Virus record (IMG/VR): IMGVR_UViG_3300012987_000001
Location: 1 to 64,000 of that record
Length of the DNA stretch: 64,000 nt
Source: a virus
Reading direction: 5' to 3' (one strand)
A program made the position numbers and the translations under genes. The notes under the pieces are model-generated. The model did not search any database. It worked only from the letters and a program-made list of their open reading frames with translations, and was not told where the DNA came from. How positions within the stretch are numbered: the first letter of the stretch is position 1; each line of letters begins with the position of its first letter. This document shows positions 44,265 to 52,518 of this stretch, one piece after another.

Positions 44265-44791
44265 GTCCCGAACTCCCGGTCGAAGCGGGCCATGAGGGCA
44301 GCTGTTCTGCGCGGGCGCTCCCGCGGCGCCACCTGCTGCGCCGCCTCCAGGTACGCCGCCTTGGCCGCCTTGAGCAGGTGCTCGCCTCCTGGGGCAGAGT
44401 CGTCGTACTTGCAGGCCTGGTTGCCGTACGCAGCGCGCAGCACCTGGCTCGCGCTTGGCCGATCCCTCCCGAGCGGGACCTGTGCATCAATCTTGGACGG
44501 GCCCCAGATGGTAGGCGTCTCGACCACATGTAGCTCGTAGCGCACGGTCTGCATCGGCATTATTTGATCGGCCACGCGGAACCGATCGAGCACCGTGCCC
44601 ATCGTGGTGGCATCCGCCCCGGGCGAGTAGCTCAGCATCTTCGATTCAAACCCACCGCCTCCGTTTGAGTCGAGGTTACAGCTTGCGGTTCCAGGCTCGT
44701 GCCAACAATAGTGCGCAACCTCGGGCTCGACGTCGGACCACGTTTGCGGTTGATGGGGGGCGCGAGTCTTTTGGGCTGTTTGTCCAGACAT
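44261..44791 (-). CDS. Hypothetical protein (176 aa)
   Basis: Track ORF, coupled downstream. Confidence 0.6.
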   Translation of the reverse strand: MSGQTAQKTRAPHQPQTWSDVEPEVAHYCWHEPGTASCNLDSNGGGGFESKMLSYSPGADATTMGTVLDRFRVADQIMPMQTVRYELHVVETPTIWGPSKIDAQVPLGRDRPSASQVLRAAYGNQACKYDDSAPGGEHLLKAAKAAYLEAAQQVAPRERPRRTAALMARFDREFGT

Positions 44792-44866
44792 GGGCGTGCT
44801 ACTCCTTGTGAATCGGCGGCAATCGATCCAAGGAGCTCTCGGCGCGAGTCGGGGGCTTTTTGCGTC

Positions 44867-45259
44867 TCAGTGGTCCGGCTTCGGGGCTTCTCGAAACGGG
44901 TTCTCGGGATCGCCGACGCCGCAATCGCCTATGCGTTGACCAGAGCAGCACGAGGCTTGCTCGAGCTCTTTCCGGAACGCCTGCACACCGAGATCGAACC
45001 CGATGCTCAACACCGATCGGTAGTGCTCCTCGGCGTAGAGCGGGACGGTGAGGTTCACGTCGCGCAGAGTGCGGGACTTGTCGCGCGCTTCGTTGGCCTC
45101 GTCGATCGCTCGCAACGCTTCCCCGATTTCAACACTATACGCTTTCCCCTCCTCGAGGGTGAACCCATGTCCGGTTTGCGCAAGCAACCCAATCTCGAGC
45201 AGCCTGCGCACTTTGGCCCTGATGATCTCAGTCTCGGTCGGTTTCTTCTCTTCACCCAT
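44867..45259 (-). CDS. Hypothetical protein (130 aa)
   Basis: Track ORF. Confidence 0.6.
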   Translation of the reverse strand: MGEEKKPTETEIIRAKVRRLLEIGLLAQTGHGFTLEEGKAYSVEIGEALRAIDEANEARDKSRTLRDVNLTVPLYAEEHYRSVLSIGFDLGVQAFRKELEQASCCSGQRIGDCGVGDPENPFREAPKPDH

Positions 45260-45269
45260 GTTCGCCTCC

Positions 45270-45572
45270 TCAGATTGAAATAGTGCCTTCGATCACGACC
45301 CGCTCAGCCCAGTCGCGAGCGAGAAACCCGTCTCGAACGGAGCGCGCCAGCGATTCGGCAATCAACTTGCCGATGTCGACCTGAACGTTGCGCAGATTGC
45401 CTTCCGCATCGATCAGAAAATCGCCGTCATGATCTCGCCGCCGATCGTCCAACACCGGCTCCCACACGTACTGCTCAGGCCTCGCCCAAATGAACGAATA
45501 CACCCGCCGCGGCTCGACGATCGCCGCAGGGACGAACAGGGCACCGAGGCGGAGGAAGTTGCGGCGGTTCAC
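45270..45572 (-). CDS. Hypothetical protein with a twin-arginine (Tat)-like N-terminus
   Basis: Track ORF 45270..45590. The GTG at 45572 makes a GTGA overlap with the upstream stop and yields (M)NRRNFLRLGALFVPAAIV... Confidence 0.55.
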   Translation of the reverse strand: MNRRNFLRLGALFVPAAIVEPRRVYSFIWARPEQYVWEPVLDDRRRDHDGDFLIDAEGNLRNVQVDIGKLIAESLARSVRDGFLARDWAERVVIEGTISI

Positions 45573-45775
45573 GACGTCCACCCATCGCACTCGGTGACCA
45601 CGTTCAGCTGCAGCGGCTCGGCACTCATGCGCTCAACCGAGAACTCGCGCTTCGCGTCCGATGCCTTGAAGAGCGCGAGTGCTATCTCGATCGCGGCGTC
45701 CTTGGTCGGCGCCTCGACGAACACAGCCTCGGAGCCATTGCCCATCCAACCTGAGAAGACTAGCCAGGTGGTCAT
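45569..45775 (-). CDS. Hypothetical small protein (68 aa)
   Basis: Track ORF, coupled on both sides. Confidence 0.55.
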   Translation of the reverse strand: MTTWLVFSGWMGNGSEAVFVEAPTKDAAIEIALALFKASDAKREFSVERMSAEPLQLNVVTECDGWTS

Positions 45776-46467
45776 TCTTCGGACTCCACTGGATCGGCGT
45801 CGTAGCGGCTGGTGCCTGGATCAGTGATCGGCATAGCGAGCCCAAACCCGCTCGGCTTTGGGTTCGTCCAGTCGAGCGGCCCAATCGCCGGTAGCGCCTT
45901 CAGCGCCCAACTCGGCGTGGACTCGTCCGGATCGGCGACCCCGCGCGCGCGCCGGATCGCGCACTCGCTCGACGCAAACTCGTTGCGCAATTCGTGCGGT
46001 AGGTTGCACCACATCTCAAGCGTTCGCCCGGGCGCCATCGCAATCCACTTGTCGGCGGCGATGGTCCAATCGACCGAGAACCAGGCGCGTGGACCGATTG
46101 GGATATCGACAATAACCAGAGGTCCCGGAGCGTTGCCTACTTGCTCCGTATCGGCTGCATTCTTCTGCCGACCCCATGCCTGCACAAACGCAACTTCCTG
46201 CCAGTCTGGGTCGCACACTGTGTCACCGATCGGCCATTCGAAGACTGATGCCTGCCTGATGCTCCACCCGTCACGCTCGAAGTCGTACTCGATGCGGATG
46301 TCATCGGCCGCGCGCACGTCGACCAGGCCGACTATCACTGCGACCGGGTTATCGAAGCTCCGCGGGCTGTCGGGATCGTTCTTGCTTCTCGGGTACCACA
46401 GATCAACCGAGAGCGTGTCGTCTCGGAAGCGAAGGTCACCTGGTGCCGTTGGCTTTTCTTTCATCAT
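45772..46467 (-). CDS. Hypothetical protein (231 aa)
   Basis: M23 of ORF 45772..46533, with an ATGA overlap with the DnaB stop. Confidence 0.6.
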   Translation of the reverse strand: MMKEKPTAPGDLRFRDDTLSVDLWYPRSKNDPDSPRSFDNPVAVIVGLVDVRAADDIRIEYDFERDGWSIRQASVFEWPIGDTVCDPDWQEVAFVQAWGRQKNAADTEQVGNAPGPLVIVDIPIGPRAWFSVDWTIAADKWIAMAPGRTLEMWCNLPHELRNEFASSECAIRRARGVADPDESTPSWALKALPAIGPLDWTNPKPSGFGLAMPITDPGTSRYDADPVESEE

Positions 46468-47906
46468 CTCTCCCTCCAATCGTCGGGTGGTTCGTGGCTC
46501 TGCTGCTGCTGATAATCGAAGCTTGCGCCCCACTCGTCGTGCTCGTCCGCCGGCTCTTGCGTGTCGACGTACTTCGTCGCTTTCGGAATGAACTCGACGT
46601 TCACGGTGCCAGATCTGCCCGCGCGCGCCTTCGCGACAATCAGTTCGCCCTTGTTGTCCTTGGTGTCGCCGGGCTTTCGGTACTGATCTTCGCGGTACAG
46701 GAAAATCACGTTGAACGAGTCCTGCTCAATCGCTCCGGAAGAGCGCAAATCGCCAAGGTTAGGCCGCTTATCAGCGCGCTTCTCGACTTCGCGATTCAGC
46801 TGCGAGAGTAGCACGATGGGCACGTCGAAGTCCTTCGCCACCGCGCACAATCCGCGCATGACGTGCTCAAGCTGGTCGTTCGTGTTCATGCCTCGCGGCA
46901 GATCTCCGAAGCCCATCAACTGCAGGTAGTCGATCGCGACGATCCCCAATCGCACCGGAAACAGTGATCGCTGGTGGCGCCTCAGCGCAGATCGGATCTC
47001 GGTCACCGTGATCGATGCCTTGTCATCGATGATGATCGGCATCTGCCGAATCGCGTTCGCTGAGTCCATAACCTTCACGAGATCCGGACCGCTGATGACG
47101 CCGGTGTCGATGCTGCGCGTATCGACCAAAGACCACTGCGCCATGAGCTTGTTGCCGATCTGATCCTTCGGCATCTCGAGCGAGAACATCACGCCGCCCG
47201 TGGCCTCGCTGTTGTCGCTTGCGCCTTGGACGAGCAGCTCGGTGACGAACGAAGTTTTGCCCATGCCAGGACGGGCGGCGACCGTCGTCACTGTGCCGCG
47301 CTTCAGGCCGGCAATGAGCCGGTTCAGCCCCTTGTAAGGTGTGAGTTTGCCGCTTGGGATCTCACCGCGGCGCTTGCGGTGCAGGTCCGCAATGCAGCCG
47401 GTCAAGATGTCTTTGACGCGCGCGCCAGTCTCCGTGCGCACGCTATCCTGGCTGATGGCGTACATCTGCGATTCGGTCGCCTCGATGAACGCCTGCACGT
47501 CTCCGACGTCCGGCCCGTATCCCGTGGCCTCGACGCGCTGGCAAAGGGCGATCAACTGCCGAAGGCGGTACTTCTCGCGGATGCGTTTGGCGTGCGGCGC
47601 GACGTTGGCCACCGACGGCACGCAGTCCGACAGCATCGCGATGTAGGGCGTGCCGCCGATCTGATCCAGCCGGCCGGCGTCCCGAAGCCAGCCGGCGACG
47701 CTCACGTAGTCGACCGGCTTGCCCGTCGCCTGCAGTGCGAGCGCCGCTTCGTAGATCCGCCGGTTGGCGTCGGCGTAGAAGTGCTCGGGGCCCAAGATCT
47801 CGGAGGCAACCAACAGGGAGTCGGGGTCGAGCAGGGCAGCCGAGAGCACGGCGGCTTCGGCGTCGAGGTCCGAAGGCGGGACGCGACCGGGGGCGGGGGC
47901 GCTCAT
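46464..47906 (-). CDS. dnaB: Replicative DNA helicase DnaB
   Basis: Track ORF (480 aa). The N-terminal motif is PPSDLDAEAAVLSAALLD. Walker A is ARPGMGKTSF, followed by DYLQLM and RSSGAIEQD. Confidence 0.93.
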   Translation of the reverse strand: MSAPAPGRVPPSDLDAEAAVLSAALLDPDSLLVASEILGPEHFYADANRRIYEAALALQATGKPVDYVSVAGWLRDAGRLDQIGGTPYIAMLSDCVPSVANVAPHAKRIREKYRLRQLIALCQRVEATGYGPDVGDVQAFIEATESQMYAISQDSVRTETGARVKDILTGCIADLHRKRRGEIPSGKLTPYKGLNRLIAGLKRGTVTTVAARPGMGKTSFVTELLVQGASDNSEATGGVMFSLEMPKDQIGNKLMAQWSLVDTRSIDTGVISGPDLVKVMDSANAIRQMPIIIDDKASITVTEIRSALRRHQRSLFPVRLGIVAIDYLQLMGFGDLPRGMNTNDQLEHVMRGLCAVAKDFDVPIVLLSQLNREVEKRADKRPNLGDLRSSGAIEQDSFNVIFLYREDQYRKPGDTKDNKGELIVAKARAGRSGTVNVEFIPKATKYVDTQEPADEHDEWGASFDYQQQQSHEPPDDWRER

Positions 47907-48793
47907 TGGAGCCTCGCTGGCGCTGGCGGCGGCTCGGAACGGCGCTCGGGTCGTCCGGCACCGAGATCGCTCGCTGGTGGGGCAGCCAGTGGCCCGCGCT
48001 GTGCCAGCCTAGCGATCCTTTGCGCCTCAGCTCGTTGCTCAGCCGCTAGAGCGCTCGCGCGCCGTCGCGCAATCTCGTCGGGATTGGGAGCAGCGACCGA
48101 GAGAGTTTGCTGATGACCGCCGCCGCGCTCTTTGCGCCACTTCACCGCGTTGACCAACCGCGTCGTGAACGTGCCGTTCCAACTCGCCGCGGTGCGACCT
48201 TCCGCCCAGGCGACCAGGCCAACGACCTCAAGGTCCAGATCCAGCCCATGCTGCGCGCAGAACGCGCGGTGCTTGTCCGTTGGCACGAACGGGTTTGGGA
48301 TCGGGAGCTCTGGAAGTACCGGTCGTCTTTTTCGCCCCTTGGGGGGCTTAGGGGGATCCTCTGCTAGGCTAGGCTTGGCTAGGCTAGGAGTGACAGGTTG
48401 TGACTCGCTGTGACTAGAGGTGACATCTGTCACGTTTTCACCAAGCGCGTCACCACGCCTTTTGTCTCGTGATTCCCGCTGCCTAGCGCGATCTGAGCGC
48501 CGACAACTCTGCGCGTGAACGAACTTCGGCCAGACCAACTTGCCATCGCGGAGCACCCACGTGCGGGACTTAAGTAGTCGTTCTAAGCCAACCGTCGTGA
48601 CGTGCTCAGGTACGCCAGTGACGAGTGTGACAGCCTGTGACGGATCGTGACCGTCGCAGTCGAACACACCGGCACGATCGAACTTCCCGTGAAGCATCAA
48701 CGCGAGGACGGTCTGACCTTCCCACCCGAGGGCGCGCCAACTCACGGTGTCCCGTGTGTAGTAGCGAACGTAGTCTTCGTCTTCGTAATTCAC
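47903..48793 (-). CDS. Replication initiator / replisome organiser-like protein containing iteron clusters
   Basis: Track ORF 47903..48823. The GTG at 48793 gives a GTGA overlap upstream. It lies directly upstream of dnaB and carries phased GTGAC repeats. Confidence 0.6.
   Translation of the reverse strand: MNYEDEDYVRYYTRDTVSWRALGWEGQTVLALMLHGKFDRAGVFDCDGHDPSQAVTLVTGVPEHVTTVGLERLLKSRTWVLRDGKLVWPKFVHAQSCRRSDRARQRESRDKRRGDALGENVTDVTSSHSESQPVTPSLAKPSLAEDPPKPPKGRKRRPVLPELPIPNPFVPTDKHRAFCAQHGLDLDLEVVGLVAWAEGRTAASWNGTFTTRLVNAVKWRKERGGGHQQTLSVAAPNPDEIARRRASALAAEQRAEAQRIARLAQRGPLAAPPASDLGAGRPERRSEPPPAPARLQ
48390..48433 (+). repeat. Iteron cluster A: GTGAC x4 at exact 10-bp spacing plus one inverted copy
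   Basis: GTGAC occurs at 48390, 48400, 48410 and 48420, with GTCAC at 48429. Positions were calibrated against codons of the overlapping ORF. Confidence 0.7.
48618..48651 (+). repeat. Iteron cluster B: GTGAC x4 at 9-10-bp spacing
   Basis: GTGAC occurs at 48618, 48627, 48637 and 48647. Confidence 0.7.
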
Positions 48794-49032
48794 GTGACTT
48801 CCGCCCCTTCCGTCTTCGACCACCCCATCCGATCACCAGGCGCCGCGTTCGCCTTCAGCTCCTCCGCCAGCGCCCGCATACCCTTCTGAATCACCGCGAT
48901 CTCGACACCGCGACGGCACGCGGACGGCTCCTCGCGATGCGCCAGCGCATACTCGGTGACGAGGCGATCGAGAGCCAGCTCGAGCCCCGGCGGCACTTCG
49001 ATCGTGGTCTTTTCTTCGATTTTCGCGTTCAC
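48790..49032 (-). CDS. Hypothetical small protein (80 aa)
   Basis: Track ORF, coupled to both neighbours. Confidence 0.55.
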   Translation of the reverse strand: MNAKIEEKTTIEVPPGLELALDRLVTEYALAHREEPSACRRGVEIAVIQKGMRALAEELKANAAPGDRMGWSKTEGAEVT

Positions 49033-49391
49033 GCCGCACCTCTCTTCGCCTCAAAAACAGCCACCAACGCCTCGCTGATCGAGCGCACCACCGCGTGCTT
49101 CGCGCCGTTCACTCGCGCCCACTGCTCCCAGAGCAGCTGCTCCTTTGACTGCTTGCTGGTCTTCGTTTTGACCTCAAGCCACACATGCTCGGCGCGGAAT
49201 CCTGGAATGATCACGAGCAGATCTGGCGTGCCCTTCGGAGCGCAATGCACGTACGCCGTCTTGCCGCCCTTGAGCACGGGCAGAACCCCAGACTGGATCC
49301 TCACGACTCGACAACCATTTGCGGTGAGAACCTGTTGGACAGCCTTGGAGAGACTCGTTTCCTCGGCTCTGCGTTTGCGTCTCGTCGGCAT
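49029..49391 (-). CDS. VRR-NUC domain nuclease
   Basis: M24 of ORF 49029..49460. The motif is GTPDLLVIIPG...VWLEVKTKTSKQSKEQLLW...GAKHAVVRS. Confidence 0.7.
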   Translation of the reverse strand: MPTRRKRRAEETSLSKAVQQVLTANGCRVVRIQSGVLPVLKGGKTAYVHCAPKGTPDLLVIIPGFRAEHVWLEVKTKTSKQSKEQLLWEQWARVNGAKHAVVRSISEALVAVFEAKRGAA

Positions 49392-49762
49392 CACGCCGCC
49401 CTTTCGCAGTGCCCGCAGGATACGTGCCCGACGAGAAAGAAACTCGCGCCACACGAGCACTTGCGCTCGGTGACGACCGTGCTCGTCGGTGGCAGCTTCT
49501 TGCGCAGCGACGGTGCGTATTGCTGACCGAGATCGGTCAAGGTCACGGTGCGGCTTTGGGCGTGACCTCGGTGCCTTCGCGGACCGTTCCGCAGCACAAG
49601 CCCTTTGCGCTCGAGCGCAGACAAGTGATCGCGCACGGCGTTGAGTGACACGCGGGCGATGCCGAGCGCATCGCAGGCCTCCCTAACGGAAGGCGGGTAC
49701 CCGCGCGCGTCGATGAAGTCGCGCCAGAACCCGAGAAGCTCGAGCTGTCGCTTGGTCGACAC
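49391..49762 (-). CDS. LexA-type winged-helix DNA-binding domain protein with a C-terminal zinc ribbon and no peptidase domain
   Basis: Track ORF. The sequence STKRQLELLGFWRDFIDARGYPPSVREACDALGI..SLNAVRDHLSALERKGLV matches the recalled LexA_DNA_bind pattern. The C-terminus is CSCG...CGHC. Confidence 0.65.
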   Translation of the reverse strand: MSTKRQLELLGFWRDFIDARGYPPSVREACDALGIARVSLNAVRDHLSALERKGLVLRNGPRRHRGHAQSRTVTLTDLGQQYAPSLRKKLPPTSTVVTERKCSCGASFFLVGHVSCGHCERAA

Positions 49763-49977
49763 TACTCAATCCCTCCCACCACAACCTCAATCCTCCGAAA
49801 CGCCTCCGCCAAGTCTTCGCGGCCGTGACGACGCCACTCGTTCTGCCGCTGTCGGAGCTCGAAGGTGGTGAGTTCGATGGCGAGGGAGAGGGCCTCGTTT
49901 CCGCTCCGTTGTGCCTGTGCGGCGGTAATGCGACCACGTGAACGGATGTTTTCCGTGGGGCAAAAAAGGGGCGTCAT
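49762..49977 (-). CDS. Hypothetical small protein (71 aa)
   Basis: Track ORF, coupled on both sides. Confidence 0.5.
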   Translation of the reverse strand: MTPLFCPTENIRSRGRITAAQAQRSGNEALSLAIELTTFELRQRQNEWRRHGREDLAEAFRRIEVVVGGIE

Positions 49978-50276
49978 CGGGGCGCCGCCTCGCTCGACGC
50001 CGGGAACGCAAGTACCGACAACCGCTCCGATTCCCTGAACGACCGAGTAATCTCGTCATGCTTTGCGAGCCACGCTTCTCGACCGGCGTTGGTCTTGGTG
50101 TCGATGCTGTCGGCCTCGCTTTCGAGCCTTTTTCGCTTGTCGCTATTCTCTTGCAGCAAGCGCCTCGCGGCTTCGATTTCTGCCGCGGCGCGAATCAGGC
50201 CCCATGCCTTTTTGCCATCAGTAAAGTGATGATCGAGCGCCTTCTCGTAGTCGCAGTCTTGGATCGCGATCTTCAT
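49974..50276 (-). CDS. Hypothetical protein (100 aa; start uncertain)
   Basis: M112 of ORF 49974..50609 (MKIAIQDCDYEK...). The upstream part of the track ORF looks like low-complexity read-through. Confidence 0.45.
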   Translation of the reverse strand: MKIAIQDCDYEKALDHHFTDGKKAWGLIRAAAEIEAARRLLQENSDKRKRLESEADSIDTKTNAGREAWLAKHDEITRSFRESERLSVLAFPASSEAAPR

Positions 50277-50403
50277 CTCCGCCCCCGCAACGCCTTCGCC
50301 AACGCCCGAAACTCCGCCAGCAACCGCCTCGACGCACGCATCACCTCCCCAGCTATTGAGAGGGCTAGGGAGTGGTGGGGGAGGCGCAACGGAATCGGAA
50401 CTG

Positions 50404-50631
50404 TCACCATTCCGGCCTCTCGGCGTCGTCAGCCATGCATCCGCCGCAGCGCCAATGGGTGTCGCCGTCGTAGCAAGTGGTCCATCGCCACCCCTTCCGG
50501 TGCGCGGATCGCTCGGACCACGAAGTTTCGCGGCACACGACGCAGATAGGTCCGCACAGCACCTGAAGCGCGCAGACGAAGCCCCACCAGACGAATCCGA
50601 GCTTGTCACAGAAATGGTCCCAGCGGCTCAT
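50404..50631 (-). CDS. Small Cys-rich membrane protein (75 aa)
   Basis: Track ORF. The hydrophobic segment is LGFVWWGFVCALQVLCGPICVVC, followed by C...CGGC. It has an ATGA overlap upstream. Confidence 0.55.
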   Translation of the reverse strand: MSRWDHFCDKLGFVWWGFVCALQVLCGPICVVCRETSWSERSAHRKGWRWTTCYDGDTHWRCGGCMADDAERPEW

Positions 50632-50975
50632 GATTTCCTCCCCAGCTCGCCACCCGCCCGCTTGCTCGAGACTTGAGAGCGGAGAGCGCGATCGGTCATC
50701 TTTTCCGAGTGCCTTCGAACAGCCTCCGCCGCCCGCGGGCTATCGGGGGGAACGAATACCCCTCGGCCGACTCCGATCATGCACGAGGGGCCGGGCCGGA
50801 GCGCGAGCGATTCAGTTGGGACGTATCGAGTTGACCCAGCCTCGAACCACTTCCGGCTCCAGCGAAGCCGGTGAACGAGTCTCACACGGGAGCGCTTGGG
50901 ACCTCGGGAGAGGACACGCACCGGGGTGGCTAGGCCGCCAAAGAGTCCGTCCATGTGGAGCCAGGCGCTGGTCAT
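50628..50975 (-). CDS. Hypothetical basic protein (115 aa)
   Basis: Track ORF, coupled on both sides. Confidence 0.5.
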   Translation of the reverse strand: MTSAWLHMDGLFGGLATPVRVLSRGPKRSRVRLVHRLRWSRKWFEAGSTRYVPTESLALRPGPSCMIGVGRGVFVPPDSPRAAEAVRRHSEKMTDRALRSQVSSKRAGGELGRKS

Positions 50976-51148
50976 GATTTCATCCCGCGGTTAGCGCGCC
51001 GCTCTTCCTTAATTGCCGTCAGCGGCGCGAGAACCAAGCAAGCCGCGAGCAACACGGCGTAAACAGCGGCGCGCGCCCAGGCGTGGACAATCACTGCGGA
51101 AGTGAGACACACGGACCAGCAAAACGTCTGAAACAACAGGTAGCTCAT
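50972..51148 (-). CDS. Small two-TM membrane protein (58 aa, below the track cutoff)
   Basis: Hand translation gives MSYLLFQTFCWSVCLTSAVIVHAWARAAVYAVLLAACLVLAPLTAIKEERRANRGMKS. It has ATGA overlaps at both ends with track ORFs. Confidence 0.55.
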   Translation of the reverse strand: MSYLLFQTFCWSVCLTSAVIVHAWARAAVYAVLLAACLVLAPLTAIKEERRANRGMKS

Positions 51149-51582
51149 CGGCTGGCCTCTCTCCCGCGGGGCTTCAGGTCGGCCCCGAGCTCCCGCTTGT
51201 ACTTGCGCGGGCTGAGCTTCTTCAGCATCGCGATCCCTGGATTCGAGACGTGGAAGTAGACGAGGCCGCTACTCGAGTCACCGCGGCCGTGATTGGCGAG
51301 TCCGAGCCCGACCAGCAGCTCCCACGATTCCCAGTCGGGCCCGTGCGGCTCAGCCGCGAAGTAGTTGCGGTGGCCGCGTTTGCCGACCGCATGGCGGAGC
51401 AGTTCCAGCATCTCGGCGCCGCTCTTCTCTGTGTACACGCGGTCCGCTTCGTCGAGCAGCTCCAGCACCGTCTCCCAGCCGAAGCAGGCCTGGAGGTGGC
51501 GCAACGCTTCCGGAGTTGTTCCCGGCGCCGCGTCTCGGACGCGCTCCGCGGCTTGGCGGAGTAGGGACTTGTCGAGGGTCAT
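51145..51582 (-). CDS. Hypothetical protein (145 aa)
   Basis: Track ORF. Confidence 0.6.
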   Translation of the reverse strand: MTLDKSLLRQAAERVRDAAPGTTPEALRHLQACFGWETVLELLDEADRVYTEKSGAEMLELLRHAVGKRGHRNYFAAEPHGPDWESWELLVGLGLANHGRGDSSSGLVYFHVSNPGIAMLKKLSPRKYKRELGADLKPRGREASR

Positions 51583-51953
51583 TCGGCGGCCTGCGCTTTC
51601 TGGCTGAGCAATTTCAGTACTCGTTCACGAAAGCCGGCTGGATCTGCGTTTGGATCCTTGCGAATGAGCCGTAGGTCATTCTTGTTCGAGCGCTGAAGCG
51701 CCAAGCACCGGTCGCACTTGACGCTTCCTGCGGCCCGTTGACGTTTGCCACACATCGAGCACAGGCCGGCGGTCTCGAGTCGAACAAGGCGCTTCGCTCG
51801 CCAGATCTTCCAAGAACTCTGGGCGCGTTCGATTGCTTCGGTTCGGTCGTTGGCCTCGACGTAGCAGATGAGGGCTCCGTCTTTTAGGTGGCTCTCAACC
51901 TCGGAACACGAAGCAACTGACCCATCCTTGCGAAACTCTACTCGGTAGATCAC
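51579..51953 (-). CDS. Hypothetical protein with a zinc ribbon (CSMC...CDRC)
   Basis: Track ORF, coupled. Confidence 0.6.
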   Translation of the reverse strand: MIYRVEFRKDGSVASCSEVESHLKDGALICYVEANDRTEAIERAQSSWKIWRAKRLVRLETAGLCSMCGKRQRAAGSVKCDRCLALQRSNKNDLRLIRKDPNADPAGFRERVLKLLSQKAQAAE

Positions 51954-52225
51954 GACCGACCTCCAGCCGAGCCATCAGCCCGAAGCTCACCCGATCCGCC
52001 GCAGCGCCAGCAGGGAACCGGAAAGCGATCGAAAAGGTCTCCAGACCCTTTGCATTCCGGACAATCGTGGTTGCGCTCAGGCGCCCCGAGAGCGCCGCTA
52101 GACTTCGCTCGGGCTTCGATGGGGAGCTCGGTGCGGAGACAGTTGCAGAGCGGATAGTGAACGAAGTGGCGGACGAGCGGGTTGACGTAGCAAGTCCGCA
52201 GGCCAGTCGAGCGTTCGGCGGTCAC
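51950..52225 (-). CDS. Small protein with two DnaJ-type CxxCxGxG zinc-finger motifs
   Basis: Track ORF. The motifs are CPECKGSG and CWRCGGSG. Confidence 0.6.
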   Translation of the reverse strand: MTAERSTGLRTCYVNPLVRHFVHYPLCNCLRTELPIEARAKSSGALGAPERNHDCPECKGSGDLFDRFPVPCWRCGGSGELRADGSAGGRS

Positions 52226-52518
52226 TTGGGGGCCGCCTCTCCGAACTCGGGCGCGGCGATCTTCGGGACGAATCCGCCAGTGTCGAGCGCGGCGACAAGG
52301 CCGAGGTCAGCCGCCAACCGATCGATGCCCTCGTCGGGAGCGTGGAACCAAGCGGTCGATGCCTCGACGACAGGACGCATTCGGGCGATGGTCAGCTGGG
52401 CGCACTTGAGCTGGTGCGTGATTGGCCCCCGGCCGCTCGCGCACCGCTCGCCGGGGTTTTCCCCGAACGGAATCCACTTGGGCCGCCCGAAATCCGGGCA
52501 GGTGTCCGGGGTGGTCAT
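52222..52518 (-). CDS. Hypothetical protein (98 aa)
   Basis: M9 of ORF 52222..52542, with an ATGA overlap upstream. Confidence 0.55.
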   Translation of the reverse strand: MTTPDTCPDFGRPKWIPFGENPGERCASGRGPITHQLKCAQLTIARMRPVVEASTAWFHAPDEGIDRLAADLGLVAALDTGGFVPKIAAPEFGEAAPK

